Below are positions 28,304 through 38,737 of a stretch of 64,000 nt of DNA, in pieces. A program made the translations under genes and the position numbers. Every line of letters begins with the position of its first letter. Within the stretch, counting starts at the first letter, position 1. Origin of the DNA: an uncultured bacterium (GTDB lineage Bacteria > Patescibacteriota > Minisyncoccia > UBA6257 > 2-01-FULL-56-20); contig CAWHOC010000005.1 in NCBI GenBank assembly GCA_963830935.1, positions 1,839-65,838 of the forward strand, in the 5' to 3' direction. Below the pieces are notes generated by a model, which saw only the letters and a program-made list of their open reading frames with translations, had not been told where the DNA came from and made no database searches.

Positions 28304-28938
28304 ATGCTCGATGTTAACATTGGAGTTATTGTTATCGCCATCACCGCACTCGGATATGTAAGCAATTTTCTGAACTGGCGATTTTTGGATTATGCCCCGA
28401 TCCGTGCACTGTATTACGTTGGCGCCCTCGTGCACGAGACATCGCACGCCATCGCATGCATTCTGACCGGTGCACGGATCGAACAATTTACGGTTTTTTC
28501 AAACCAGCCGCAAGTCGTCCACCGCAAATCACGCCTGCCGATCCTGGGGGAACTCATCATCTCCGCCGCGCCGATTGCCGGAGGGCTACTCTTTTTATTT
28601 TTAGTGAACCGTTATGCGCTGGGTACTATTTTACGGTCCCATCATTCGGTGCGGTTTATGGATGGAAAATATTCCTTCTTGTCCCGTTTGGACTGCTGTC
28701 GCAAATCAATCTGCTTCAATGGCAAAGCTGGGTGATGATCTTTCTATCATTTAACTCTGGAGCTATGCTCGGTCCGTCAATGCAAGACCTGAAGAACGTC
28801 TGGCCTATGCTTATAGTGTTGCTTTTTTTCCAATCTCCGACAATTACTGAATTCGGGGCTGCCACGATAATTATGATCATCGTGAACATAATGATCCAGG
28901 CTATTGCCATAATCGGCGTGCAAATAACGAAACATTGA
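28304..28938 (+). CDS. polytopic membrane HExxH metalloprotease-like protein (M50B-like); frame broken near 28620
   Basis: HETSHA motif inside a TM region. ORFs 28304..28735 and 28456..28938 join. TATAAT lies 8 nt before the ATG. Confidence 0.5.
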
Positions 28939-29002
28939 TAGGGAATAAAAATTTGACAACAAATAGATATATTAATATAATATCACATAGAGGTGATGTA
29001 TC

Positions 29003-29359
29003 ATGAAATGGTTCGTGTTGTTCGCTGGGATCGTTCTTTTATCGCCTCCGACTGCCGACAGTCAGCCCGTCGATAGTCCGTGCGCAGGGAAAGCGGGCAT
29101 TGAATCTATTCCGCCCGAAATTCGGAAAGAGTTTCGGCAGGCACAGATGGACCGGGATCTCCAAGAGTCGATTCGAAAAGAAATTGAGATCGCCAACCGA
29201 CCCAGATCAGGCCTGAAGCTTACGATGGCCACGACTGACAGGGATGGAAGAATCGTTGACTATCGAATCATCGTGGCTTCCGCTCCGGGGTGCGTACTAG
29301 GGTGGATGCCTATCAATCCACCTGCAAACGCCAAACAACGGAGTCGTGTGTACTACTGA
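29003..29359 (+). CDS. small secreted hypothetical protein
   Basis: Signal peptide MKWFVLFAGIVLLSPPTADS. AGAGGTGA Shine-Dalgarno. Confidence 0.5.
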   Translation: MKWFVLFAGIVLLSPPTADSQPVDSPCAGKAGIESIPPEIRKEFRQAQMDRDLQESIRKEIEIANRPRSGLKLTMATTDRDGRIVDYRIIVASAPGCVLGWMPINPPANAKQRSRVYY

Positions 29360-29436
29360 TACCTTTCATATATCACTTTGGAAGGTATCTTTTTTATGTC
29401 TTATAACAACACTATGCGCGTCGCGCTATTGACCGC

Positions 29437-32400
29437 TCACAGCGACTTTAAGAGTGTGCCAAGTTCGTCGAATAACCCCTCAAGCGAACGGGATATAATC
29501 GCTGTTTGATCAACCGATTCCGCAGACGACGATCGGCTATTCGCGGCGAGCGACGAACCCGGGACGCTGACTGCGGATGTGCTATCATCACCGCCGCAGC
29601 TCGGATCCTGCGGGTAGAAATCGCAATAATCAGAGCAGTCAGGGGTTGGATCAATATCGCATGCATCCGTTGAATTCGAAGCGCCGCTGCACACGGGATC
29701 TTGTGCATTCAGCGAACAATAATCCTGGCATGCGGTGCCGGAGGGATCGCTCGCGCAGGAAGTGCTCGTCGCACACGTCGGATCGTCGGGAGTTTGATTA
29801 CAATAATCTTCTTCGATGTTGGCGGGTGCGTCCGGACACACTGGATTGTTTGGGTATAAGTTACAATCTACGATACAACTTCCATCCGCCCCCTGTATCA
29901 GGCCGGCGCCGCATGTTCCCTGGCACGCGCCTGTTGGCATCGCGAGCGAGCTGCCGTCCGGATTGACGCAGCTTACCGTACCGTCGCTCCCACACGAACA
30001 ATCGCTTCCATCGGGGTAGGTACACTGCATTACTCCTTGGGCATTCGGAGTGCATGTCTGATTTGTCGCCGACGGGCATTCCGGGCTCGCAACCGGATCG
30101 TCGGGGTTGCACTCGTCTGTCGGGGGAGGAGGCGGGGTTATTGGAGCATAAGTTTCGGGAGCGGAGCGTACATTTATATGGACTCCCGTTTGCGTCCAGA
30201 CATGTGCCTTGGGGAACGGTTACCGGACAGGAATACTGACCGCTTTGCCCGCAATTCACCGGCGCACAGGTATAATTATTTCCATAGTTGTCGGTACAAT
30301 AACCAGGAGTCGTGCCGTCGTTAGTCGGAGTATAATTGTCCACAATTGTTGCAGATGTCGTCGCATTCGGCATCCTGCACCCGCCGAGCGCCGTCGGATC
30401 GTTGATCCAACCACTATCAAGCTCGTCCGCCGTGCACTGTCCGACGATACTCCAAGTGTTATCCATGAAGACAACAGGGGCAGTCCCGGAAGGAGGATAC
30501 CATGGACTCGTGGCAAGAGGAGCTCCGGTCCCGACGCAACCAACGGAAGAAAGTGGAAGAGCCTGCTTCTGCTGGATCGCCTTTATAGTATTGTAAATAT
30601 TCTGAGCAATGGGGATCGGACCGTTGTTTCCTCCTCCTTGCATGGGTGAGTTTGTATTGCCATAGTCATCCCCGAGACCGAATATGCCATGACCCAACTC
30701 GTGTTCATCCGTACCTGCAGCGTTCAAGCTCGTAAGGGCTGCTCCCGTTGGCCAAAACTGTGTATTGAACATATCAACAACCACAGATTTGCCAGCGTTC
30801 AAAGCGTTCACGATTGCCGAAGCGGTTCCCGCAGGAACGTATTGGGAATAGCCGGAGTAGCCGGATTGAGCGATAGTGGTGGATAGATATACCGTCTGCG
30901 CGGCGAATTCATCCTGCTCGCTTACCGATACCCCATTCACTATGGTGTTGTTTTGTCCATCCGGTATGTTTCCTGCGCTCAGCACGACGAGTGCTCCGGC
31001 ATCCGAATTGTCTGTTGGTACCGGCAGCACCCCAGCTGTGTCGGCCTGATAATAGGGAGAAAGTCCATTGATGACGACGTTGATTATTTCATCCTGAGCG
31101 GCTTCGGGAGTGGTCGATCCCCAATTGATATTGTTGGGATTCGTCATTGAAGGATCCACGATGATATTGAAATCGGTCGATATGTGAGGAATGGTACCGT
31201 CGGGGCTAACCAAGACGGGGATTGCAATTCCTGCGGCGGATCCCGTGGTGCCAGGGGCTTGCACGGAGCACTGGCCGCCGTTGTTCGCCGGTGCTCCGGT
31301 CACCGCCTGGTCCGCAAGGCCGAAGTAGATTGCGACTTTTCCATTTTCAGACGCCATTCCAGAAATCTCGCCGAGCGCGTCAGTGGTCTCGGTAATCTGA
31401 TATCCGGCTTGCCCTAAAGCGTTTGCAATATAGTTTATAAACTGGATCGGGGTATTCCCACCAAGCACGTTCACCAAAGTACCATCCACACCAGCGGCAA
31501 TCGATGATTGGTGATATGGCGCAGTAGCAAGAAGCGACGATGGATTGTACGCGACCACCGCGTAATTTGACCCAGTAGTATATGATGTGTCAGTAAAGCT
31601 CGTAGCAGAGGTCGTGGCAATTTGTGTACCGTCACGATACACCTGATAAAGAATTTCATTCCCCGGATCTGCGTAGGTCTCTGTCAATGGATTCGCGGAA
31701 GCGGTCCATGAAAGCGACATTTTTGACGACCCGACGTTCGTGATGGTGAAATCTCCCGGAGGGGTGGGGCCGCCCCATGTGGAGCTGGTAATAGTCACTT
31801 GCAATTGCGGGGATACAAGGCCAACCACTCCGACTGCATTCACTGGCGCGACGCAGTAATAATACGTGCCTAAAGGAACGTTGACATCGGCATAGCCGTC
31901 AAGGACGTGGCCAACATCGTTGGGCACACCCGTCATAACAAGATCTGCGGGAGTCGCAGCGCACCCCGAAGTCGTGGTCCGATACAGATTCCATGTCAGA
32001 GACTGATATTGTTCATCCGTACTCTCATACCAATTCATTTCCGCAGAATCCCCTACCGTTATCGCATAAAGATTCGAGACGGGAACGACGGTTTCCGGGT
32101 TCGAAAAAGCGCTACCGGTGATCTGAGAGGCCCACGGGAGAACCGAAAGATATCCATCAATGATTTGGTAGAGTGGCATATTTTCGGTGTTCGCATCGTA
32201 AGGAACAATATAGCTTGGCAAAACAGAACCAGTGTAGGTCGTTGTGGCTACAACTCCGATTTCTGCCGGTTGCAGCAACCCATTAACGTAGGTGGATGAG
32301 CCAAAAATTTCGTACCCAAGGATGCCTGATGCATCGACGGAAGGGCTCCATGTGAGAGTGATGCTTGAGAGAGTATTATTCGTTTCCTCGATATTGCCGA

Positions 32401-33052
32401 TGAGCGATGGGGTGTTGCCGACAGTGGTGATGGTCGCCTCTATGGGTGCGGTAACAGGGCCGTAATAGGGGGACGTCCCTTGATCCAGCGCGTCGGCACA
32501 ATAATAGTAAGTACCCGGAGAGAGATTTTTGTCAGACAACATAGGATAATCGTCCTTAGGGAACCATGATCCCACAGAGACCGAGCTCACACTGCAGTCC
32601 GGGGAAAGAGATCTATAAAATATATATGTTAAATTAGTTCCATTGAGACCGTTCAAGGGCGCAGACTCACCAGTCGAAAAGCTTACGGTATTACCGGAAA
32701 CCGAAATGGAAAATCCGGTTACCGGACCAGGCGCTGGATAGGCGGATGCGGTGATAGGGAGCGACTCGGATGACGCCCCTGCGGAATTGTAGGCGACGAC
32801 ATAATAGACATACGGCACAGCTTCCTGCTGACCATTGCCGCCAGGAAGAGGCTGATATTCCTCAAGCCCAGTGTCCGTGAACGACGTCTGCGTGGTAGTG
32901 CTCACTTCGACGTTATCTCGATAGACGCCGTAATATGTCGCGGAGATACTGCTCGTGGACACTTGCCATGTGAGGGAAATCGACGAAGCGGTACCTCCAA
33001 CAGCCTGAAGATTTATCGGAGGTAATAATGAAGAAGAAATAAGTGGCGTCAA
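29437..33052 (-). CDS. giant surface protein: FN3 repeats, M64-like HExxH metallopeptidase motif and a Cys-rich C-terminus; frame broken near 30020
   Basis: Several FN3-like units (SSISLTWQ...YGVYRD..., MSLSWTAS...YQVYRDG). DEHELGHGIFGLGDDYG resembles the HEFGHxxxGLxDEY motif of peptidase M64. The C-terminal ORF 29437..30030 is rich in CxxxDP motifs. No signal peptide on the 33052 TTG start. Confidence 0.65.
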
Positions 33053-33127
33053 CGAGATCGGTTTAAGCGGCGATCGTGTAATCGGTCCACTTGCAACTAC
33101 TCAGTGCTTCCGACAGCGTAGGAGATT

Positions 33128-34648
33128 TTAAAAGAGGGCATGCTCTGATAATGAGGGTTTGTAGTTTAGTATTAAGTGAAACAAGGAGGGCTTCCTCCTG
33201 TGAGACACTCGCTCGTACTGGCAGAAGTGGTAGAGGGCGGAGATGATCGTCGTGGTGCTTGCCGCCGGCGTAGTTGTGGCGCTAGAAGCATTCACGATCG
33301 CCGAAGCGCTGTCGCTCCCACCCGCTCCTGAACAGGTGATCGTATATGTTGATGTTCCTACCGATGCAGCGATCTGCGTTGATTCCCCCGAGAGCGGCTG
33401 TTCTCCGGACCATGCTCCCGATGCCGTGCACGCGGTGGCATTTTGTGAAGACCACTCGAGAACCACGGAGGCGGACGTGGAATTAGTTATCAAGGACGCG
33501 GCCCCGCCAATGGTGACTGTCGGGGCAGGCGTCGTCGTGGAAGTGGACGCGGATGCAATCGTTACCACCACTTGCGCCGAAGGGATGCCGATGATGGTAC
33601 CGCTGGTGCTCACTGCCGCGACCACATAGTAGTACGTGCCCGGAGCGAGACCTGTATTGGTGTAGAATGTCCCGCCCACCACCGATGCGACGCTGTTGTT
33701 CGTAGCATTCGGGGTAAACCCTGAGGTCGTGCTGCGATATACGTTGTATCCCCACATGCCGGTTGGGGTATATGCGGTCCAGGAGAGAATCGCCGAGGTT
33801 CCGCTCGCGACCGCCGTCAGATTTAGTTCTTGGGTGGAAGAAATATTTTCGGAAACGGGTGTCGACGAAGCAGATCCGGAGAGAGTGTAAGAAACCACAT
33901 TGCTTGTACCGTTGGCGTTCTCTATGGAGATATTCTGAGCTGAAGTAGCGCCCGGGACGGAGGGCATTGTGAAACTCAGACTGGTACCTCCGTCGCTGCT
34001 CGGCACCTCGGGGACTGTGACGTATGTCCCCTGCCCGCTACTACCGGCACCTATATTGATTTGATTGGAACTCGTAAAGTTCAACCCTGCTACCGTGACC
34101 GTGGCTCCCGCTATACCGCTCGCGGGGACGATGCCCATGATTTCGGGAACAGTGCTTGCGATATCAAGCACGCTTACCGTCACCGACGCCGGGTTACTCG
34201 TGCCACCGGGACCAGAACAGGTAACCGTATAGGTGTATGACCCAATCCCTGCCGGACTCTCAAAAAGGGATCCACTCGCAGCAAGGGAATCGCTACCCAA
34301 GGAATCTGAGGCAGTACACGCCGTCGCGTTGGCACTGGTCCACGTGATCGTCGCCGCCTGACCGAGAGGAATGATCTGTGGACTGGCGGATATGCTCGCG
34401 GTGGGAACGGCGGGGGGGGTTATATTGCAAACCGTTTCGCTACACCCATCAGGTTCGATGACACTATGACCACCATAGGGACAAACGGGCACTACTAATG
34501 GGCAGGCAGGTGCAAAAGTGCCGCTGGGAGCAATCTCGGCGATTATCGCCCGTGCGGGAGGGACGGGGAAAAATGTATATCCTATAAGGAACAATAAAAA
34601 CACGCTGGCGACCGAGAGTAAAAATATATGGAACCTCTTCATGCTCAT
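33128..34648 (-). CDS. secreted surface protein with IPT/TIG and FN3 domains
   Basis: Signal peptide FHIFLLSVASVFLLFLIGY. IPT-like IMGIVPASGIAGATVTVAGLNF. FN3-like ILSWTAYTPTGMWGYNVYRST...GTYYYVVAAV. The last about 40 residues look out of frame, so it may continue into 29437..33052. Confidence 0.65.
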   Translation of the reverse strand: MSMKRFHIFLLSVASVFLLFLIGYTFFPVPPARAIIAEIAPSGTFAPACPLVVPVCPYGGHSVIEPDGCSETVCNITPPAVPTASISASPQIIPLGQAATITWTSANATACTASDSLGSDSLAASGSLFESPAGIGSYTYTVTCSGPGGTSNPASVTVSVLDIASTVPEIMGIVPASGIAGATVTVAGLNFTSSNQINIGAGSSGQGTYVTVPEVPSSDGGTSLSFTMPSVPGATSAQNISIENANGTSNVVSYTLSGSASSTPVSENISSTQELNLTAVASGTSAILSWTAYTPTGMWGYNVYRSTTSGFTPNATNNSVASVVGGTFYTNTGLAPGTYYYVVAAVSTSGTIIGIPSAQVVVTIASASTSTTTPAPTVTIGGAASLITNSTSASVVLEWSSQNATACTASGAWSGEQPLSGESTQIAASVGTSTYTITCSGAGGSDSASAIVNASSATTTPAASTTTIISALYHFCQYERVSHRRKPSLFHLILNYKPSLSEHALF

Positions 34649-34716
34649 GCCATTGTGCGGAGCTTCTTATAGAATCCCCACTATTAAATCTATAGTAACA
34701 CGTTAAGCATAGATTA

Positions 34717-34725
34717 GGGGGGGGG
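34717..34725. repeat. G9/C9 homopolymer in the divergent intergenic region
   Basis: GGGGGGGGG lies about 70 nt upstream of the surface-protein ATG (34648). On that strand it reads TTGCCCCCCCCC. Confidence 0.9.
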
Positions 34726-34822
34726 CAACACTCTGTCCTTGCCTTCTTCGCCCCTTCGTCGCATTGTAGCGACCAGCAAGGACGCTCTGGACTCGTCCCA
34801 CCGTTGCGTCATCAATTGTAGT

Positions 34823-36159
34823 ATGACCAACCAAATTAAGGGGTCGGCAGGAGCGGCGACCTCAACCAATCAACCGCTGCCGGTAAAGGTCGCATATTGC
34901 TTGTATGCAAGAAAATCAACGGAATCAGAGGAGCAGCAAGTCCTTTCGATAGACAGCCAGATCAAGGAGATGATCCAGATCGCCGAGCGGGATGGGCTCA
35001 CGATCGCGGAGATCCGGAAGGAATCCCATTCAGCAAAAGCCGTCGGCCAGCGCGAGGTGTTCAATGAGCTCCTGAAAGACATCCGCTCCGGCAAATTCAA
35101 CGGCATCCTCACCTGGGCACCGGATCGCTTTCGAGAAATGCTGGTGACCTCGGAGCTCGTGGACCTCATGGATCAGAAGGCGCTCGTGGAGATACGGACC
35201 TTCTCCCAGAAATTCACCAACAACCCAAGCGAGAAATTCATGCTGATGATCCTGTGCTCTACGGCAAAACTGGAAAATGACAACAAGTCGGAAAATGTGA
35301 AGCGGGGCCTCCGGACGCGGTGCGAACAAGGGTTCGCCCCAGCATGGCCCCGACTGGATATCTGAACGAGAAGCGAAAGGACAAACCGTGCGAAGTGATC
35401 GTTGATCCGCAGCGAGCGCCCGTGATCAAGCAGATGTTCGAGAAGGTGGCGAACGAGCAATGGTCGGGGCGGAAGCTCTACGCATGGCTGCGGCACGATG
35501 TGAAATTCAAGACCGCCACGGAAAAATTCCTTGCGCTCGGAAATATCTATATGCTTCTCAAAAAGACTTTCTACTATGGCGTCTTTGAATACCCGGTCGG
35601 ATCGGGAAACTGGTACACGGGGCAACATACGCCCATCATCACAAAAGAGCTATATGACCGAGTGCAGGAACAACTCGTCCGGAGCGAGATAAATAAGAAC
35701 AATAAGGAGTTCGCCTTTACGAAGCTCATATCATGCGGGGTCTGCGGATCGGGCGTCACGGCGTGCGAGAAGTACAAAGACCAGCAGAACGGAGACGTGC
35801 ATCGCTACGTATACTACCGCTGCACGAAAGCGAAAGATCCTCACTGTCCAGAGGGGTATATCAAGGAGGAAGAAATCATCGAACAGATCCTGAAGATCCT
35901 TGATACGCTCGACATCAGCGAACTCGGCATCAGGCAGAAATTCAAGGATGAGATATCGCGATACAACAAATTCCGAAGGATCGCTCTGGGCAAGAGCCGG
36001 GAGAAATCTGACCCAGAGGAATTCGATGCCAAATCGTATGCCGTCTATCTCCTGACCGAAGGATCGATTGCAGAAAAGCGTGAGCTGCTATCCAACCTTA
36101 AGAGCAGACTGATCCTCAAGGATAGAGTGGTCACGATAGAAGCCGGAGCGGAAAAATAA
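34823..36159 (+). pseudogene. large serine recombinase, decayed
   Basis: Resolvase N-domain YARKSTESEEQQVLSIDSQ. The recombinase/zinc-ribbon part lies in ORF 35320..36159, with a frame break near 35335. The expected DRLSRNAGDLGA motif is only readable in an alternative frame across about 35124-35160; the in-frame text is DRFREMLVTSE. Confidence 0.7.
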
Positions 36160-36179
36160 ATACTATCGTTCCTCACCAG

Positions 36180-36795
36180 CTATTCTTTAACACTGAACGT
36201 TGCAGGTAAAATTCCACCGTTCCGCCAGGCTTCTCCGAGAGATAAATATTGATGGCCAAAATCTTCACCAGCTTTGGTGGTATGCATGAGTTGGGCTGTG
36301 TACTTTACTGAAAACGTATCCGATGGGATTATGTCCTGATGAATCCTGATCAGCAAATACAGATCGGCCATTTCTACTGAAGAATATAGCTCTTCATAAT
36401 CCTGCAAGAACATGGCCATATCCATACCGTCGGTCATGTCGAAGCTCACAAAGACGACGAGCGTAGGGAGGCCTTGATGATTGGCTAATTGAGACATCGC
36501 CTTACCGTGATGCCTCTCTAGTTTGCTTCTGTGATTTCGGTCCCTCTTTTTTGAAATTGCTGCAAGTTCCTCATATGAGATCTCCGGATTATACGTCGGC
36601 ACATTTGCGTCAACGCAGTGATTTGACCTCACATATGGCGATGACCTCCCCGGCACTATTCAGGACCTCATAGTCGGGCGTCCTTGTATCCTTAACTTCC
36701 AACACTTTCTTGAGTGTCAGAGCATACCAACGCTCGAGCACAATTTTGATTGCCTTTTCACCAAGCTCACTTTGATATTGTTCGAGTTTCTCCAT
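36180..36795 (-). CDS. PD-(D/E)xK nuclease-fold protein; frame broken near 36620
   Basis: PDYEVLNSAGEVIAICEVKS carries the PD...E-x-K signature. ORFs 36610..36864 and 36180..36656 join. Confidence 0.5.
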
Positions 36796-36897
36796 ATGGA
36801 GAATATTCTTCCTCCGAACTTCCGCCCTTGCAAGGCGGGTTGCCCGATCGCCTGCGCGGGTCATGGACCAACGTCCCTTGAACCGCGCCCTGACTTG

Positions 36898-36969
36898 TGC
36901 CCCCGCGAAGAATCGAACTTCGATTACAAGATCCGCAATCTTGCGTCCTATCCGTTGAACGACGAGGGC
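36898..36969 (-). tRNA. tRNA-Arg (anticodon GCG)
   Basis: Manual cloverleaf: acceptor GCCCTCG/CGGGGGC (one G-U), D-arm GTTC-AACGGATA-GGAC, anticodon arm CAAGA-TTGCGGA-TCTTG, T-arm CGAAG-TTCGATT-CTTCG, discriminator A. No encoded CCA. Confidence 0.85.
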
Positions 36970-36975
36970 AAACGC

Positions 36976-37042
36976 AACCGGATGTCCTTTTGAGACGGAA
37001 ATGCCACGTTGAAACGTGACCGTCTCAAAAGGACATCTGGTT
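36976..37042. other. hairpin H4: 23-bp stem with a nested CACGTT-gaa-ACGTG hairpin
   Basis: AACCGGATGTCCTTTTGAGACGG pairs with CCGTCTCAAAAGGACATCTGGTT. Lies 7 nt from the tRNA 5' end. Confidence 0.65.
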
Positions 37043-37078
37043 GTTTATTGTTGATAATAAAAGAACAAGAGAAGGATA

Positions 37079-37547
37079 CTAGAATCTCAGGAATTTTTCA
37101 ATGGAATCGACGAGGGTCGGCTGGTGCTCGATCTCTTTGAGCACCAGCTTCAGGTTCGCGCGGATCTCCGCCACTTTCGGCGCCGGCACAATAAGCGAGA
37201 GCGCCGGCCGGATGCGCGAGCGGAAATAGAACGACCACATCCGCCCATTCCCCGTCGTCCAGGTCCGCGCTCCAGCTCTCGAACTCCTTCATGGAGTATG
37301 ACTTGTATCCCCCGATATTGAGCTCGGTGTCCGTCAGCGTAAACGTGAGCGTTCTCGGCGCCTTGTTCCCCCACACGATGAAAAGCATTTCCGCGATCAC
37401 AATGAAAAAGCCGAATAGAAAATCTTTCTGCCACACCGAGAACGCGATGATGAGCGCGGCAGCGATGATGGAGATCCAATACCACGAGACCTCCTTCTCG
37501 CGATACTCGAATTCCGGCGCCTCCCATGTTGTTTCGAACTTTGCCAT
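37079..37547 (-). CDS. two-TM membrane protein; frame broken near 37240
   Basis: ORF 37098..37547 has WYWISIIAAALIIAF and FLFGFFIVIAEMLFIVW. The plausible C-terminus FYFRSRIRPALSLIVPAPKVAEIRANLKLVLKEIEHQPTLVDSIEKFLRF lies in another frame and ends at 37079. Confidence 0.5.
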
Positions 37548-37562
37548 GATCCTATTTTACCA

Positions 37563-38099
37563 CTATTCTTTTCTGAATCCCATCAGTGGCTTATCGTCTT
37601 CCTCCGGCGGTGGCCCCATCAGCTGTTTTAGAACCTCAAACACGATTTTAAATTTTTTATCGTAATTCTTTTCCATTTCCATCACCTTTTCCGCCAGCTC
37701 CTTATTACTGGCCAATAATTGGCGCAAACGGACGAACGTCCGTATGATAGCGATGTTCACCGCCACCGCGCGATCGCTCCGCAGGACACTTGATAACATT
37801 GCCACGCCCTGCTCGGTAAAAGCATAGGGCATATATTTGATGTTTTCGCCTTGCTTCAAGGTCGCAATTTGCGACCTTGAATGGAAAATTTTAGCCTCTT
37901 CCACGCTTAACTGAAACATAAAATCATCAGGGAATCGCTCTTAATTCCTTTTTACCGCTTCATTGAGCCGTTTGGTTGGTACGCGATACAATTCCGCCAA
38001 ATCATAATCTGTCATGACCTTGCGCCCTCTTATTATAAATATCCGCCGCTCGATGATATCAAGCGGAATCACCATATTCTCATCTTTTAAATTTTCCAT
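37563..38099 (-). pseudogene. ORF6N (KilA-N-like) domain protein with an in-frame TAA at codon 53
   Basis: [70 protein letters not shown]... is continuous in one frame. The TAA is at 37941-37943. Confidence 0.75.
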
Positions 38100-38135
38100 A
38101 ACCGGATTATTACACGACCCACATTAAATCATTCT

Positions 38136-38189
38136 AAAACTTGAAGTCACAGATTGTGACTTCAAGTTTTTTGAGATCGCACATTGCGA
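38136..38189. promoter_or_regulatory. two palindromes upstream of ORF6N, related to a palindrome inside its CDS
   Basis: 38136-38170 is AAAACTTGAAGTCACA-gat-TGTGACTTCAAGTTTT. 38177-38189 is TCGCA-cat-TGCGA. The CDS palindrome TTCAAGGTCGCAA-t-TTGCGACCTTGAA is at 37855-37881. Confidence 0.5.
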
Positions 38190-38232
38190 CCCCAAACACG
38201 CCTCACCCCCACATCTGCGTACGCCCCAACAC

Positions 38233-38257
38233 AAAAACGACCGCCTCACGCGGTCGT
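38233..38257 (-). terminator. rho-independent terminator of the HU gene
   Basis: The minus strand reads ACGACCGC-gtga-GGCGGTCGT followed by TTTTT. Confidence 0.8.
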
Positions 38258-38298
38258 CTCTGTTCTTAAGATACTGAAGAAGGATCCTTTTTCAGCAA

Positions 38299-38574
38299 TT
38301 ACAGCACTGCTTCCTTGAGAAGCTTTCCGGCGCGGAACTTCGGTTTGATCGAAGCCTTGATCTGGATCTTTTCGCCGGTCTTGGGGTTGCGGCCTTCGCG
38401 CGCTGCGCGCTTGGCGACGCGGAACGTACCGAAGCCCGTGATCGCGACTTCCTCGCCGCGGCCCATGGTCTTTACGATCGTATCAAACACCGCATCTACT
38501 GCCCTCTCCGCGGCCGCCTTCGTCTCGATGCCGGTGGCCTTCTGAACCGCTTCCACTAATCCTTTTTTATTCAT
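38299..38574 (-). CDS. hup: HU-family DNA-binding protein
   Basis: 91 aa with GFGTFRVAKRAAREGRNPKTGEKIQIKA, the typical HU arm. Confidence 0.9.
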   Translation of the reverse strand: MNKKGLVEAVQKATGIETKAAAERAVDAVFDTIVKTMGRGEEVAITGFGTFRVAKRAAREGRNPKTGEKIQIKASIKPKFRAGKLLKEAVL

Positions 38575-38737
38575 GATGATGATAATTAGTTTATTTCGCG
38601 ACCTTTTGTGCTTTTAGCTCCCCTTTAGTATAGCAAAATCAGGGTTTTCTTGCACAAGGGGCGTCAAGCGGGTTATTAAATAATGATTAAAAGGAATTTG
38701 ACGCCTATATGAGATTTGCTATCCTTTTATTAAGATA

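Noticed and set aside
36898-36925. A direct repeat of the tRNA-Arg 3' end marking the far att site of an integrated element.
   Set aside because: I found no second copy of the GAATCGAACTTCG-containing segment by eye in the window. Large serine recombinases also do not typically use tRNA att sites.
37941-37943. The in-frame TAA in ORF6N as evidence for stop-codon reassignment.
   Set aside because: TAA clearly terminates other genes here (rpsO, the 751-aa protein, comF, the anti-sigma gene). A nonsense mutation or base error is simpler.
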